Assembly: GCA_022813965.1 (NCBI GenBank)
Contig: JALDZS010000027.1
Span: 1 to 64,000 of the forward strand
Reading direction: 5' to 3'
Origin: Toensbergia leucococca
Lineage: Eukaryota
DNA: 64,000 nt
Part shown: positions 12,543 through 25,256 of the stretch, piece after piece
Numbering within the stretch: the stretch's first letter is position 1
How the letters are laid out: each line of letters opens with the position of its first letter
Translations under genes and position numbers: made by a program
The notes under the pieces: generated by a model
Told to the model about the DNA's origin: nothing
Databases searched by the model: none
The model's input: only the letters and a program-made list of their open reading frames with translations

Positions 12543-13070
12543 CTCAGACAACAGTACCACCTCACTCTGTGGGAGCTTAGTCAGTGTCTGATAAGGATGG
12601 AAATACTGCAAAGATTACAAGAAGAGTAGAATGCGGAGGTGTATTCACACTGATGGGGAAGGAGTATTCAAGTGCTGTGATAGCAGTCAAAACTTGAGGG
12701 GAGGGCAGCAGAAAGTGAAGGGCAGTGAAGGGCAGGCTAGCTGAATAAATGGGGCATGGCTGTTTTACTGAAAATGATAATTCACCTGCACACATACTAC
12801 GCACTCATCTAGCTGAATGTCAAATGAAGCACTGTGACAGTTGACGCTGTCACCCTGACTTCAAAAGCCCATGCGTCTCATGGTCAGCTTTTAACCTAAT
12901 AATCTCATCCACCTACGCGTGAATAGATCTACATACACTGAATAAGTCTAAGTTGCCATACCCTTATAAGCTGCATGCAGAAATGATGAAACAAACAATA
13001 GACAAGAAGGGAATTTTCAATCACGTGTCACCAAATCACTTGCAGATCTCTCATCCCGCCCCTGGAAATA

Positions 13071-16000
13071 TCATGGAGGCTGATGATTCCGCTGGCAGGA
13101 TGATGTTGGAATACAAGGAACCAAGGGGACGTTACTTCCCGGAGCCGACGATCCTTGTCGATGGCGCTGAAGTTTTACATCAAATTCTCTCCTTCGAACA
13201 TTTTCAGCCTCCTTTTCAGCTTCGTTTGCTTCAGTCCCCCCAAATCCATACGCACAGTTCCAGATGTCACGTCGGCGTCGCTCCTCATCTTGAAGTGCCA
13301 GACCACTAGGAAGTGTCGTATTCGGAGCATTTCCTTTATCTAACAAGAGTAAGCCTTTTCGCCTTGTTTTAGGCAGAAAGTTGAACGACATACTCTTGGA
13401 TTTCGACTTGAGGTTTTGCGGGAAATTGCTTATTTTTCGTTGAATTCCATTGAAAAAACTGAACGGGGCAAGCTCAGGCGAGTCACTGGCTGGCGGCATT
13501 GATACTATAGAAGACGCATGATCTTCAAAAACGTTGAAATCCCAGAGTATTTTCTCTCCAATTACAACGTCAAAGCAGCATTCTTCCAGAACCTCAAATG
13601 TTACGGGGATACGTTCACCCGTTGAAAAAGTCCAATAGGTATCTACCTGTCCGACGGTTTCTTGAATGCTACCGTCTGCGAACTGGACGGTATTACAGTG
13701 CTCAGGTCCATTCTTGATCTGGAAGCCGCGGTCTCTTGCGTACCTGAATTGACAACCTGATCAGCGATTCTCCGGACAATTACAAGGCAAATAGACGCAG
13801 ATAGATGGCTTAGCATGAAGGCTAAGGGCGTAGAGATCATGATTCAAGTACGTGAAGAATAATAAAACGTTGAAGAAATGGAAACTCTACGACAAACGTA
13901 CCACATGTCTATCGCATTCCGCTCCGCGCCGGTGTCAGGCATTGCAAGAGCAGGTATATCCGCGAGTGCACCTTTCAGGAATTCACTGTTGTTATCCAAG
14001 AAGTTGAAATGAAAAAAACTCATGGTTGAGAAGATGCATTCTGTGAGTCTTCGTCGATGTTTTGACATTGTCTCAGTGGCCTTTAGGAAACCCTTACCAA
14101 GGATCAGATCGTATGTACACCGAGGGAGAACATGACAGATGATGTTGAAGGTTTCTGTAGGCTTCTCGGCAAATGCCCAAAGCATGTTGACGGTGCCTAT
14201 GAATAATCAAAATCAGCCATACGGGATCTCGATTATCGAGTAATGGATCAGGTACCGATTGACTCAATCTTCGTTGAATTTCCGAGCTTGAATGACCGCA
14301 GCGCCTCCTGGACAGGAAGGTTCATCTCTTTGGCATACGCTGCTGATACGACATTCTCCGCGGCACAAGTATCGGGGAATGCAGACTTCCTGAACCCGTT
14401 CACGAAGCCGGAAAGACCTCGCTTGAATTTGAAACTTTTATCTGAACGAGTAGAACCTGATTTATGGGTTTGCCTAGAAGCGTCTTGTCGAGGAATAGCC
14501 TCGGATCCGAGTTCAATCATGGTAATAAGCCAAGCAGTGGAATTATATCGTCTATTCAGAAATCCCCGGAGAAATTGAATATCGTCCAATAGCCGTCTGG
14601 GAAAAGGTAGGGCAGCTCTCTTGATTAAGCCATCTCCCATAGTAAAATCCTTGCGATATAGTGATTCCTTACTATTCAGAAGCGGCTCGAAGAGGGTTAA
14701 TTTACTTTCCCTTGCGCTTTCAAACGGGACATTACATACTAGGGACCTTGTATAAAGTCTCATTTGCTGCAGAGTAGATGGTCTTGCTAAAATGGCTAGG
14801 TGGTGATGAAGGCGTCCGACATTTGGGCTCTTGTCGGCTGCTTTACGGTACCAAAACCGAGCAACGCCCGACCAAACCTCGAGATCTCTAATATCGTCGT
14901 CTTCCATGTCCATGCGATATCTTGCCAAGTCACCCAAACATTTAACCCAAGTGTCCTCAAATGTTGGGACCGTTTCGTAGAGCAGAGCCATCATACAATA
15001 CGCAATGTATGTGAAGGCAAGCATTTGATCCAGTGAATCTGGGAGCCGATGTCGTAGGACCTCAAGAAACGCATGAATACCATGCTTCCACATTCGTGCT
15101 GGCATGGAGTATTTTGCAGCTAGACGACTTAAAGAAGGGCTGGCCGATGAATACTGTGATGCGAGAAAAAAATCATGGTTTTCATGAAGCAAAGTCTTAT
15201 GCAAAGCTATCAAAGCTCGCCACTGCTCATTAGACGAAGGAGGCCGATGGATAGAGTTTGTTTCTTGCGCTTGAGCGGATTGTATTTCATCACCGTTTAT
15301 ACATTTGGCTTCTACCCTGACCAAGCCAGCATAGATACCTTTGACTTCTATTGCCAACAGGTCGCGTGATATGAGGCGAGTCTCTGGTCGAAGGGGTAAT
15401 TCCGGCTCCATTTCCTTCAATGAATCGGAATCAGGATAAGTGCTCATAAAATCTGACTGGTTGTATCGGTCAGATAATGGAGGCTGTCTAGCGGTTGAAT
15501 ATTCTTGGGTAGAAAAGTGAGGAGCACCAGCGCCATGATCGTCGCTACTGGCATTCTCGGTTTTAGAATAGAAAGCATGAACTCTTGAGTCATAGACACG
15601 TCGAGTCGTTGATGCTGCTGTATTGGGCTTCGTGGGCCTAAATATCGGACTATCGATTTCTGGGTCGAATAATCTTCGCTCAGAGGAAATAGGCGCAGCA
15701 CGAGTGTTTGTTCCATTTGACGCAGAGCATGAAGCGATCTTACGATCAAATTCGGGGTCTTTAGTCAGCGAGTGATCTTCTGTTGAAGCCGTCCCGCCTC
15801 GACTTCTTCGCAATTCAGATCCAGTACCTCGATTTGTTATCACGTCATCAAGCTCCACCCGCTTCAGTGGGTTCGTATATGGCGGTGGCAAATTGCGTCC
15901 TTGTGATATGGGTTCCGACAAGTAGTCTTGGATTTGTCTCGACCGGAGGCTCTGGAAATTCTCGGTTTTGGCGTCTGGGGGCTTTGGGTAAGTTGAAGTG

Positions 16001-16470
16001 GAAATGGGCCTGCTGGAGCGAGTGGAAGAGTGCGTTCCACCATCTACATTGGGTTTTCGTAATTCTCGATTATTATCAGATGTCCTAGCCAGCTCTGAAA
16101 ATATACTAGGGGCAGATCTGCTTTGGTCCTGCCGCTTGCTACATCACATTGTTAGCAACGTCAGAGGAGGGTCATACTCACAGCAATCCCATCAAGCAGA
16201 GACAGTGAGTCAACAATCTTTAAGTGGCACAAAAAGGAAAGTGAATGTGGCTTACATTATACCCTTCAACACGAAAGACTTCCAAGCCGCGCCATCCTGC
16301 CATAAAAAAGTGGCTTCAGAATGAATTATTTTCGCATGTCTCCATAACATCCTTTCGCTATAGAAGCGGTGCTCAATCCCACATATAGGGCACATATAAA
16401 CCTCCGCAGTCTGCTGCGGAGGTTTCGGAAGATCCCGAACAAGGGGATACGGCTCTATTACCGTCATCAT
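13071..16470 (-). CDS. Chimeric protein: C2H2 zinc finger + Est1/SMG-like DNA/RNA-binding helical domain + two tandem retropepsin-like aspartic protease domains, spliced
   Basis: Exon with CPICGIEHRFYSERMLWRHAKIIH; long exon with EVKGIYAGLVRVEAKCI, ALIALHKTLLHENHDFFLASQ, MPARMWKHGIHAFLE and CLGDLARYRM, running without a stop into AFPDTCAAENVVS. In-frame introns 14197-14255 and 13744-13901 lead through DLILGKGFL, MPDTGAERNAID, VQFADGS and DVVIGEKIL to the stop at 13071. The link to the 5' zinc-finger exon is less certain. Confidence 0.72.
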
Positions 16471-16920
16471 TTCAGTGTCCAAGTACGGGCGTCAGTGTGG
16501 TTGACAATGCTAATGACATGGCCTGTAAGCATCGAAAGCGTGACGTACAGCTGCTTCTAGAATCGAAGTGGCCGTCATTGAGGGCGAGACTGGCTGCTTG
16601 GTCGACTGGCTAGAGTTCAAGATTGAAGGATTATGCGTTTACCCAAGGCAAGGCTCTTGCCGAAGCGTAAAATACTCGAATGCTCGCACGAAATATCTCA
16701 GCAGACGGCGAAAAAGTCGTACTTAACATCTAACGGTGCTGCGATCAGGGAGTGCCAACACATCGCCAAGGGTTGTGCACTGCCATTCCCCCCATTTGTG
16801 TCAGACTGCTGCCCTGCACCAATATGATTTCAGCCTTGTTGAAAATTCGAACCTCTTCTATGACTTGGATGAGTGCCAGTATCGTCCAGTCGTCGATGAG
16901 CTGGCAAAAAGATTTCATAG

Positions 16921-17998
16921 ATGTTACGAAATGGGCAAGGCGTAGAAGATGTCGAGTTGGCCGCACCATCCACACGGCTTGAAGGATATCCCTCATTCGC
17001 ACATTTCATCGCTAAAGATAGCGATGCAGCCATATACCGCAAGTTCGAGAGCCTAAGCGCTCGGAATCTACTGTACCAGCAGAGCGAGCTTCATGAGCTC
17101 GAAAGACAACTTGACAATTTCGATCGAGAAGACACGAAAGACATCGGTGACGAGGAAGCGCAACATGCAGCCAGACTCTGGATAAATTACTCTACTGACT
17201 CAAATGATAGAGCATGTGCACGCCGTGAATTGCAGAATAAGATTGGGACCAAGATAAGAGCATATCGTATGTGTATAACGGCTCTGCTAAAAGCACATGA
17301 GACTCCTATTGACAACTGAGAATAGATAAAGCAATGTTGCTTGAAAGTCGAGTGCTTTTACTGAGCTCACCTGCCCCAAGGACTTTGAGAGACTTCAGAA
17401 GATGGTTCATGTCAACGTCGGTTCCCGTACTCTGGGGTCGAGATGAGGATCTCTTTAGGGACGAACGAGATCTTGTGGCTCTTGCCCCTGTTGACTCGGA
17501 CCGACTCAATCTGTTTTTGAAGGCATACTTCGGATGGTTCTTCCAGGTAAGGATTGTGGAAAGTTGACACATTTAGTTGAACAAAGGCTGGTTGGACTGA
17601 TTTTTCACCAGGAGAAACGTGATGATGTCCCACAAAGGATGGACTTGTTCTACTTTCCCGAACGACGCATTCAGAGAGCTGGCGCTGTAATCTCAGCCTT
17701 TCTTAGTGCTATACTTCTCATAGGAGCCATTGTGTGTTTGCTTTTGATTTCGGATCGGGGAATTGGCCTGCGGGTCGGAATGATTGTGCTCTTCACCTGT
17801 CTTTTTGCCGGCGTAGTCAAAATTCTTACCAATGCACAAAGGGCAGAGATATTTGGATCAACAGCTGCGTAAGTCATTTCAAATTACTCCTTGTGTCAGT
17901 AGCAGCTGCTACATATGCGTTCTTCTCGCTGATGCCGCCTGTGATCTAGATATGCAGCAGTACTAGTTGTGTTTGTTAGTAACAATGGAAAACAGTAA
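16921..17998 (+). CDS. DUF6594-family membrane protein, spliced
   Basis: GYPSFAHFIA...IYRKFESLSARNLLYQQSELHELE N-terminal motif, DLVAL, and a C-terminal three-TM block ending RAEIFGSTAA|YAAVLVVFV; three GT-AG introns. Confidence 0.85.
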
Positions 17999-19671
17999 CG
18001 CTTGATAGACCACTAGGGGCATTTGTATTCCTTTGCAGCACGAGATCTCCTAGGGGCAGTTTTACAAGACAAGGGGGTTACGTGATTTGTAAGCATACCT
18101 CTATGCACGTTGCCCTTTGGAACTCCGACAATGCCTGTGCTACCTCCTTAAATGGTCAGGCCGTTCTACAGCTTTAGGTAAGGTTGAAAATTCAGATGTC
18201 CAATACGTCAAGCCGTATGCTAGTGAAGCTAGATCCTTAGCTGACTGTTCAATTAAACACCCTGTGGGTTTCCTATGTCGTATGTACTTCAGGTTGCGAG
18301 ACTGATATACGTCTATTGTCAGTTTTGTATCAGGGATCTGAAGAACGCCCAGCTTTTTACTGAAACTTCGACGTAAGTAAGGCTGCAGGTAAAAATACCC
18401 AATGTCTCAGAGCTGCTTAGCTTGATAATTTGGTGAGGACTTTTATAAATCATTCAGTCTTGATCAATTCATTCCCTCTTAGTGGCACCAGAATTTCTCA
18501 AAGTTGAGAAACAAATAAGTCAGTCATAGGTAGGAAATAAGACGGATTTAGGTAGGATAAGATCAAAGGCAACCAAGGATAAGATCAATGTTAAGAAGAG
18601 AGATGATCTTGTACCATAAGGAGAGCACGAGACTGCCACGATATCAGAGTGGGGCACTTTGGCTACAGCTCTGTTGGTACCTCGTGATGTTCTCCAACGT
18701 CATGGATTTGACAGTTGATCGTTATTCTCACAATTAGAAAATCTTGAAGATGATGCTTAGTCTCAATTAATGTCAGGAAGCCACAAAAGAAACACGAAAA
18801 TATCAGGGCGAGAAGGTCATTCGCCAAAGAATGTACCGGAGGTACGTAACCTTCATCCGTAACGCGTGCAATGGCGAACACGATTGAAAGTGTTTACAAT
18901 ATTAGTATAGAGAGAGGTAAGATAGGTAAGACACCGTTGAGGGGTGGATTCGTGGATCCGGTGGAATTCGGTGGATTAGTCATGGATCGTGGATTAGTCA
19001 GCATTCACTTATATCCACAACTCTACTGCACTTCCGAAATCTTAGTTAGCTAGCCACGAACACAACACAATTAAGACTTTATCCAGTAGTATTGTTGTTG
19101 GGTCTTTCACCGTCAAATACAGCGACTTTGTTACTGCGACTTACGAATCTGTATTCGTACATGGACAGAAGAAGGCTACGAGAAGAAGGGGCAAGAAAGC
19201 GTAGCGATCTGTACGTCCCCACGTTCTCTGATAGGTTACCAAAGAGCACATCCTGGGCGGGTTAGAAAAATCAATCATACCTGTAGTGTCCATCATGACT
19301 GGAGATGCAAGATCTAAGAAGCTGAAAGGCCTTTCACATGACACCTCGCAGGAGACTACCTTAGTGTGTGGTTGTTCAGGGATCGAAAGAATGGCATGAC
19401 GGACATGATAACTATTTAGCCTGGCAATCTCCTCAATTACGTTTTCATGCTGCTTTAGTAAATACTGCTTCTTACCAGTCCAATCTCTTCTCCTCAATAT
19501 CTGCCTTGGTTGTAGCTAGAGTGGGCGGCCTTTTTCTCAGACGTCATCGTCACAACCCCGCTAATTTGGTTTCACTTTTAGAATTTCTAGGCAACCTGTT
19601 TTGTCGACCTATCCCGTTTCTTCACCACCTCAAAATTTCCCTCGAAGCTCTGAAAGTCTCCATATCTCAGT

Positions 19672-21323
19672 ATGGTCTCGCTGTGGGGAACCAAGAATGG
19701 TGGAGAGGATCACATAGACGGCGATGATGCTGGTACACCTGATGGTGACGAGAGCAGAAGTACTCGACAGCCAGATCATCGAGGGGCCGATGAACGTACT
19801 CAATTACTTCCACCTCGTAATGACGGCTTCCTAGATCCAGACGATCCAGCAGTGAGTGCTTTGAGTCCTTTGATCTAATCAACAAACTGACTTTAGCCGT
19901 CCAGGTAACCCCTTACAATCTATGGAGCGTCAGGGCCCTACGATACTTCTCCGTCCTTTTCCTGATGATTACTTTCCTCTGGTGGGTGCTGCTACTCGTC
20001 TCCATCTTTGTGAGCCCGCCCATGATGCACTCAAGAGGCTCTGGCTTCTTCGACTTCTCGTATACCACCCTCACCGCTGGAAACCTCCTTATCGCCCTCC
20101 TCTTCTTCTCGACTCCTTCGAAGGCAATGCGAATATCGGGCCTGATAATGGGTGTCCTCCTTCTGATAGACATGATCATCATTGTTTCTGTACAGAGGCT
20201 TCGCAGCGAAGAAGGCTGGGTGGGTATTTCCTCGGTCGTTTGGGCAACACTTATTGCCTTATACAACGTTCTAACGGACCGCGTTGTGACATGGGGAAAG
20301 AAAGAGGAAGAGGAACGACTGACCGGACGACGAGAAAGCCGGCGCACTCTGCGCGAGTGGTGTGCTGTTCTGACCGCTACAGTCATAATGATTGTCCTTA
20401 TTATCGTTGTGGTTCTACTTACTGCTACTCTCATTCTTCGCTCTCGCGACGCGTCTTTGAAACCACCAGGAAAGAGATATTACGTTGATGGTGACAAGTA
20501 CAAGGTTCATCTTGCATGTATTGGCAATGTTTCTTATGATGCTGATGGAAAGCGGGGTCCAACTGTGCTTGTCGAAGCGGGTGAGAATCCTGTTGAGGGG
20601 TCCTTCGAAAATTGGATATATGACTCGTACCAGAACGGAACTATTGACCGTTACTGTTATTGGGATCGTCCCGGTATTGCATGGTCGGATAACGCACCAT
20701 CACCACATTCTGCAGGCATGAGCGCCGACGCTTTGTCGGAAGCTCTTGCCCTTGCCGGCGAGCAGTCACCCTGGGTTCTTGTCTCTGCTGGCGTCGGCGG
20801 TATTTACAGCCGTATTTTTTCCAGCAGACATGCCCGCGATATTCATGGTATTTTCCTTGTCGACTCTCTTCACGAGGATCTTCTTTACCGTATTTCCTCT
20901 CCCGGGGCAGGGTTCATGCTTTGGGCTCGAGGAATCATCTCACCGCTTGGCTTGGATCGTCTTGCAGGTGCGCTATTTAATGGCCGGACCCGGGAAGACC
21001 GCGTGTATGGCAGCTCGGCATACCAGGGTGGAAAGTTCATCAAGTCGAAGTTGCAGGAGAACTTAGTCGCCAATTCCCTCAGCAAGAGTGAAGTCTCGCA
21101 AGCGAAGAACATCCAGAGCGAAAAGACCCCTCTCGTCGTGATAAGCTCCGGAATCGAGGTCAGGAGGGATAACGAGTGGGAGCGGAAACAGGAAGACTTG
21201 ACCAAGATTACAAACAACCTTTTGGCATGGGATGTTGTTAATGGGGCGCCGCACGAAGTTTGGCGAACCTTTACTGGGAGAACGATCCTGGAGAAGAGAT
21301 TGGGAGAGTTGGTGCACGCGTGA
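19672..21323 (+). CDS. Conserved fungal integral membrane protein with C-terminal alpha/beta-hydrolase-like domain (YNL115C-like)
   Basis: FLDPDDPA|VTPYNLWSVR across an intron at about 19852-19904, five TM helices, RYCYWDRPGIAWSDNAPSPHSAGM, VSAGVGG and GAPHEVW. Confidence 0.85.
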
Positions 21324-21717
21324 ATCATGTCATTATGAAAAAGTTTGAGCGATTACAAGTATATATAGCGAGCGGTGGATCATGTTTTTTAGTCACATTT
21401 TGGTACCTGCTTTACCTACCTTCATATGTTCCAGTATCGTTCAGATGTTGTTGGGCGCCGTTAGGATTTACTTTGTCTTCGTACATGGCATATTTCATCT
21501 CTTCTCTAGGCAGATGGTAAATAATCTTGACTTTGTTTAAGTGCTTGATTTAGAGGGATTAATTCCGTCTCGGCTTGTGAACTTGGGATTTTGTGAATAT
21601 TTTCGGAATCATAGAGAAGTATAATTATAGACTAACCCAGGAGAAATTGGTAAATGACAGGGGTATACTCCAATATATGCAATCAACGAAATAAAAGTGT
21701 GCATCGCTAAACCCTCC

Positions 21718-22631
21718 CTACTTCTTCCCCTTCCTCTTCTTCCCTCCCCCTTTTGCCGAATTTACTGTCGACCCACTCGCCGCCGGGCCCCCTCCCTCAA
21801 CTAAAACAGCATCCTCATCACTTCCGCCCTTTTCTCCTGCCACTGGTCCTGGCGCCGTAGTCGCCGAAGGTTTCAGCCCACCACCTGTAGTAGTAGCAGT
21901 GGCGTCTTCATCGAGCTCTTTCATGAACTTGGACTGGATGCTCGCGCGCTCCTTGTCCCACCATTCGCGGTCGGCTTTGCCCTGGGCTTGGAGCTCGGCG
22001 ATGCGGGTGCGGGTTAGTTCGTTGTTGGCGATTTCGTTGGCGGATTGGAAAATGGTGGCGCCCCAGTTTGGGGAGAGTGCGTTTGCCTAAGCGCCCTCTC
22101 TGTTAGTTTCTGGGTACACTTTGGGTACAGAAAATCCACCATGGCAGAGGAGTGTGCACCTCTTCTACTACGTCCTTTAGCTCGGCTTCGATTTCTTTCT
22201 CGGCCCGCAGGAAGCGTTGCCATAGATCGTCGCCTACGCTTCCTCGTTGGAGGAGAGTGCTGAGGGCTTGTTTTGCGCTGCGGATTGAGAAAACGCGGTG
22301 GATGTCTTCGGTGGCGCGGCGGAGGAGGGCGGCTTTTAGGACGCTGTCTGGGATTGTGGGGGGTTTTTCTTTGCCTGGGGTGGGTTCGGGTTCGAGGTGG
22401 AGGAGGGAGAGGTAGATGTCGCGTTGGAGGTGGGGGGGAAACCAGGGTTCTAGCGAGGAGGATCGAGCTGTGGGTGTATGGGCATGAGTTTTGTGGGTAT
22501 TGGGGGGGGGAACAGGGGGATGAGGTTTTACCTGCTTTTCGTTTTCGGTATAGAGAAGAGAAGGTTGCGAGGGAACCGATTAGGATGCTGAGGTATGCGA
22601 GGGGAACGACGAGACCGATCCAGTCGACCAT
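21718..22631 (-). CDS. SEC66: Sec62/63 translocon subunit Sec66/Sec71, spliced
   Basis: N-terminal TM (LAYLSILIGSLATFSSLYRKRK), PWFPPHLQRDIYLSLLH, LKAALLRRA, LLQRGSVGDDLWQRF, EANAL.PNWG.TIF and a basic C-terminus KKRKGKK; two introns. Confidence 0.9.
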
Positions 22632-23126
22632 TTTGGGGGAGGTGGGCTGGCCCCGGCCCGCTTATGGAGTTCTTTCGACTCGGACTTGTCGTTTGGGACT
22701 ATTGTCGTCCTATCAAAGACTCGAATATTATCCCAAAGAAAGTTTGTGTTAGTGAACTGTGGAAGAGCGGTTGAATAACAGATCCAGAGCTATGCTCGAG
22801 TGCATTCTGAACATCGAAGACTTGAGGACACTGTTCATCATGCACGTCCCCAACTTTATTTTTATTTAGCGCCGGGAATATGGAGGCGAGCCGCTAAGAA
22901 AGATTTGCCGCCATTACTCCGTACTCCGTACCTTAGCTACTCGTATTCCTTGGAGCTCGACGAGCTTCGATTCCAAATCCGCCTTCGATTTCGTTTCTCT
23001 GTTCTCGATTATAGTTCGCCTTCGCGATGACATTTCAGGTTTACTCCCTTCCTCGGAACATCATTTGAAAGTACCACGTATGAATATAAAGCTACGAAGT
23101 GTCGATCGCTGTCAAGTTCACCCGTC

Positions 23127-25256
23127 ATGGCTCCTTCAAAGTCTATGATCTTGCGTTTTGAAAGCAAAGATGGCCAATTTCGGTTGACTGTCGACCCTTC
23201 TGATCTCTTCCCATCACTGCTATCAAGGGTCAGGGTGCTCTCACGCTTGGGCGTTACTTTCGAGTCTTTGACTAACTAACTATTCCCGTCCTAGATCCTA
23301 GATAAGCTTCCTAAGACTGTCGACTCTCGAACCCTTACCTTGTCGAATAAACCGCATGACGGAGAAGATAGGCTCTTGAGCTCGCTGGAGGGTGTCGCTA
23401 TCGAGAGGGTGGGTCTAAAGTATGAAGTCCTGGCACTTTCTCTGCAGGCTTCAACGCTTATGAAACTTACACAGGAATGGAGACAAGTTATTCGTGAAGT
23501 ACAGTGATCAGCCACCGATGAACGGCCATTCGTCTGCTCCACCTGCAACATCCACACAGCCGCACAACTCTTCCAATAGATTGAATGGCCTTCCTATCTT
23601 GCCGACCGAGGACCTTCCAATTGCCCCACTACCTCAAACGTCTCCGACAGCTACAATAAAGAACCCGTGGGAGGTTATACAACAATCGCCTTTGGATGAT
23701 CGGCTAGACAAGCAAGATGGTAAGATCCCGCGTCCTCGAGATCAAAAGATGTGCAGGCACGGACCAAAAGGAATGTGTGATTATTGCATGCCTCTTGAGC
23801 CTTACGCGCCAGAATACCTCACCGAACGGAAAATCAAACATTTGTCCTTTCATTCCTACTTGCGGAAAATCAATTCAGCTACAAACAAACCCGAGCTAAA
23901 GTCTTCGTATATGCCGCCTTTGAGTGAACCGTATTACCGAGTAAAACGAGAATGTCCTTCAGGCCATCCCCCATGGCCAGAGGGCATCTGTACAAAATGC
24001 CAGCCGAGTGCGATTACTTTACAAGCGCAGCAATATCGTATGGTTGATCACGTCGAGTTTGCCTCACCTGCGATTATCAATTCTCTACTTGACTTTTGGA
24101 GAGGATCAGGCTCGCAGCGCTTGGGCTTCCTTTATGGCCGCTACGAAGAATACACAGAGGTGCCTCTTGGAGTAAAAGCCGTTGTGGAAGCAATCTACGA
24201 GCCGCCACAAGTTGACGAGATTGATGGGTGTACCTTGCTCGAGTGGGAAAACGAGAAAGGAGTAGATGAAGTAGCGCGCTTGTGCGGGCTACAAAAGGTG
24301 GGAGTGATCTTTACAGATCTCATCGACGCAGGAGTCGGAGACGGGACTGTGATCTGCAAGCGACATATCGACTCTTACTATCTCTCCTCACTCGAGATTG
24401 CCTTCTCGGCTCGGTTGCAGGCGCAAAACCCCAAACCTACCAAATGGAGCGACACGGGACGATTTGGATCAAATTTTGTGACTTGTGTACTGAGCGGAGA
24501 CGAAGATGGTGGTATTGCAATTACAGCATTTCAGGTCTCAAACTCAGCAGTCGAGATGATAAGAGCGGATATCGTAGAGCCTTCTGCGGATCCGTCAGTC
24601 ATGCTGGTTCGTGGCGAAGAGGAAGATGACGGCTCGCCAAGTCGGACAAGATACATACCTGAAGTCTTCTATCGACGGATCAACGAGTATGGTGCTAGTG
24701 TTCAGGAAAATGCCAAGCCAAGTTTCCCTGTGGAGTACCTCCTTGTCACTCTTACTCATGGATTCCCCACCGAGTCTACGGCGATGTTCAATACTTCAGA
24801 TTTCGCTATCGAGAATCGCGAAGCGATGGGAGAGAGTCAAGAGTTGCAAGCAGTCGCAAAGAAGCTTGGAGTGACGGGGAACAAGGGTCGCCCTGACCCT
24901 GAGAAAGGGGTAAGATCGGCTTCGGATTTCCATCTCCTGTGTTTCTTGCACGGCATGGAAATCCTAAGCAAGGTAAGGTCCCTAAGTACAGCATTTTTCC
25001 CTCTTCGTACTGATGCGGTGACCTCAATGCACAGGACGAAGAAGCTTTGCTTTGCCGCGTGTCACGGACACATGATCTCGCAGATGGGTTCCAACTTCTC
25101 AATACTCCAGGATGGGCAACACTACTGGCCATCCTGGAGGAAAGCGGTGAGCGTCCTCCCAAGCGTGCTTTGGCTTCCTCTTATGAAGCGGCCAAGGAGT
25201 CGTTTCCCGACTCGGATCAGCTTACTAAGAGGTTCAAGGGGGCTAGCCTGAGATAA
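23127..25256 (+). CDS. NPL4: Cdc48/p97 cofactor Npl4, spliced
   Basis: [17 protein letters not shown] start, [12 protein letters not shown] and [16 protein letters not shown] zinc motifs, [31 protein letters not shown] and DFHLL; last exon ...[12 protein letters not shown]...RFKGASLR*. Confidence 0.95.

Noticed and set aside
13071..14420. LTR retrotransposon pol remnant
   Set aside because: No gag, RT, RNase H, integrase or LTRs; the protease domains carry spliceosomal introns.
19141..19497. 118-aa minus-strand ORF
   Set aside because: Non-ATG start, no motifs, and it lies in the promoter region of the next gene.
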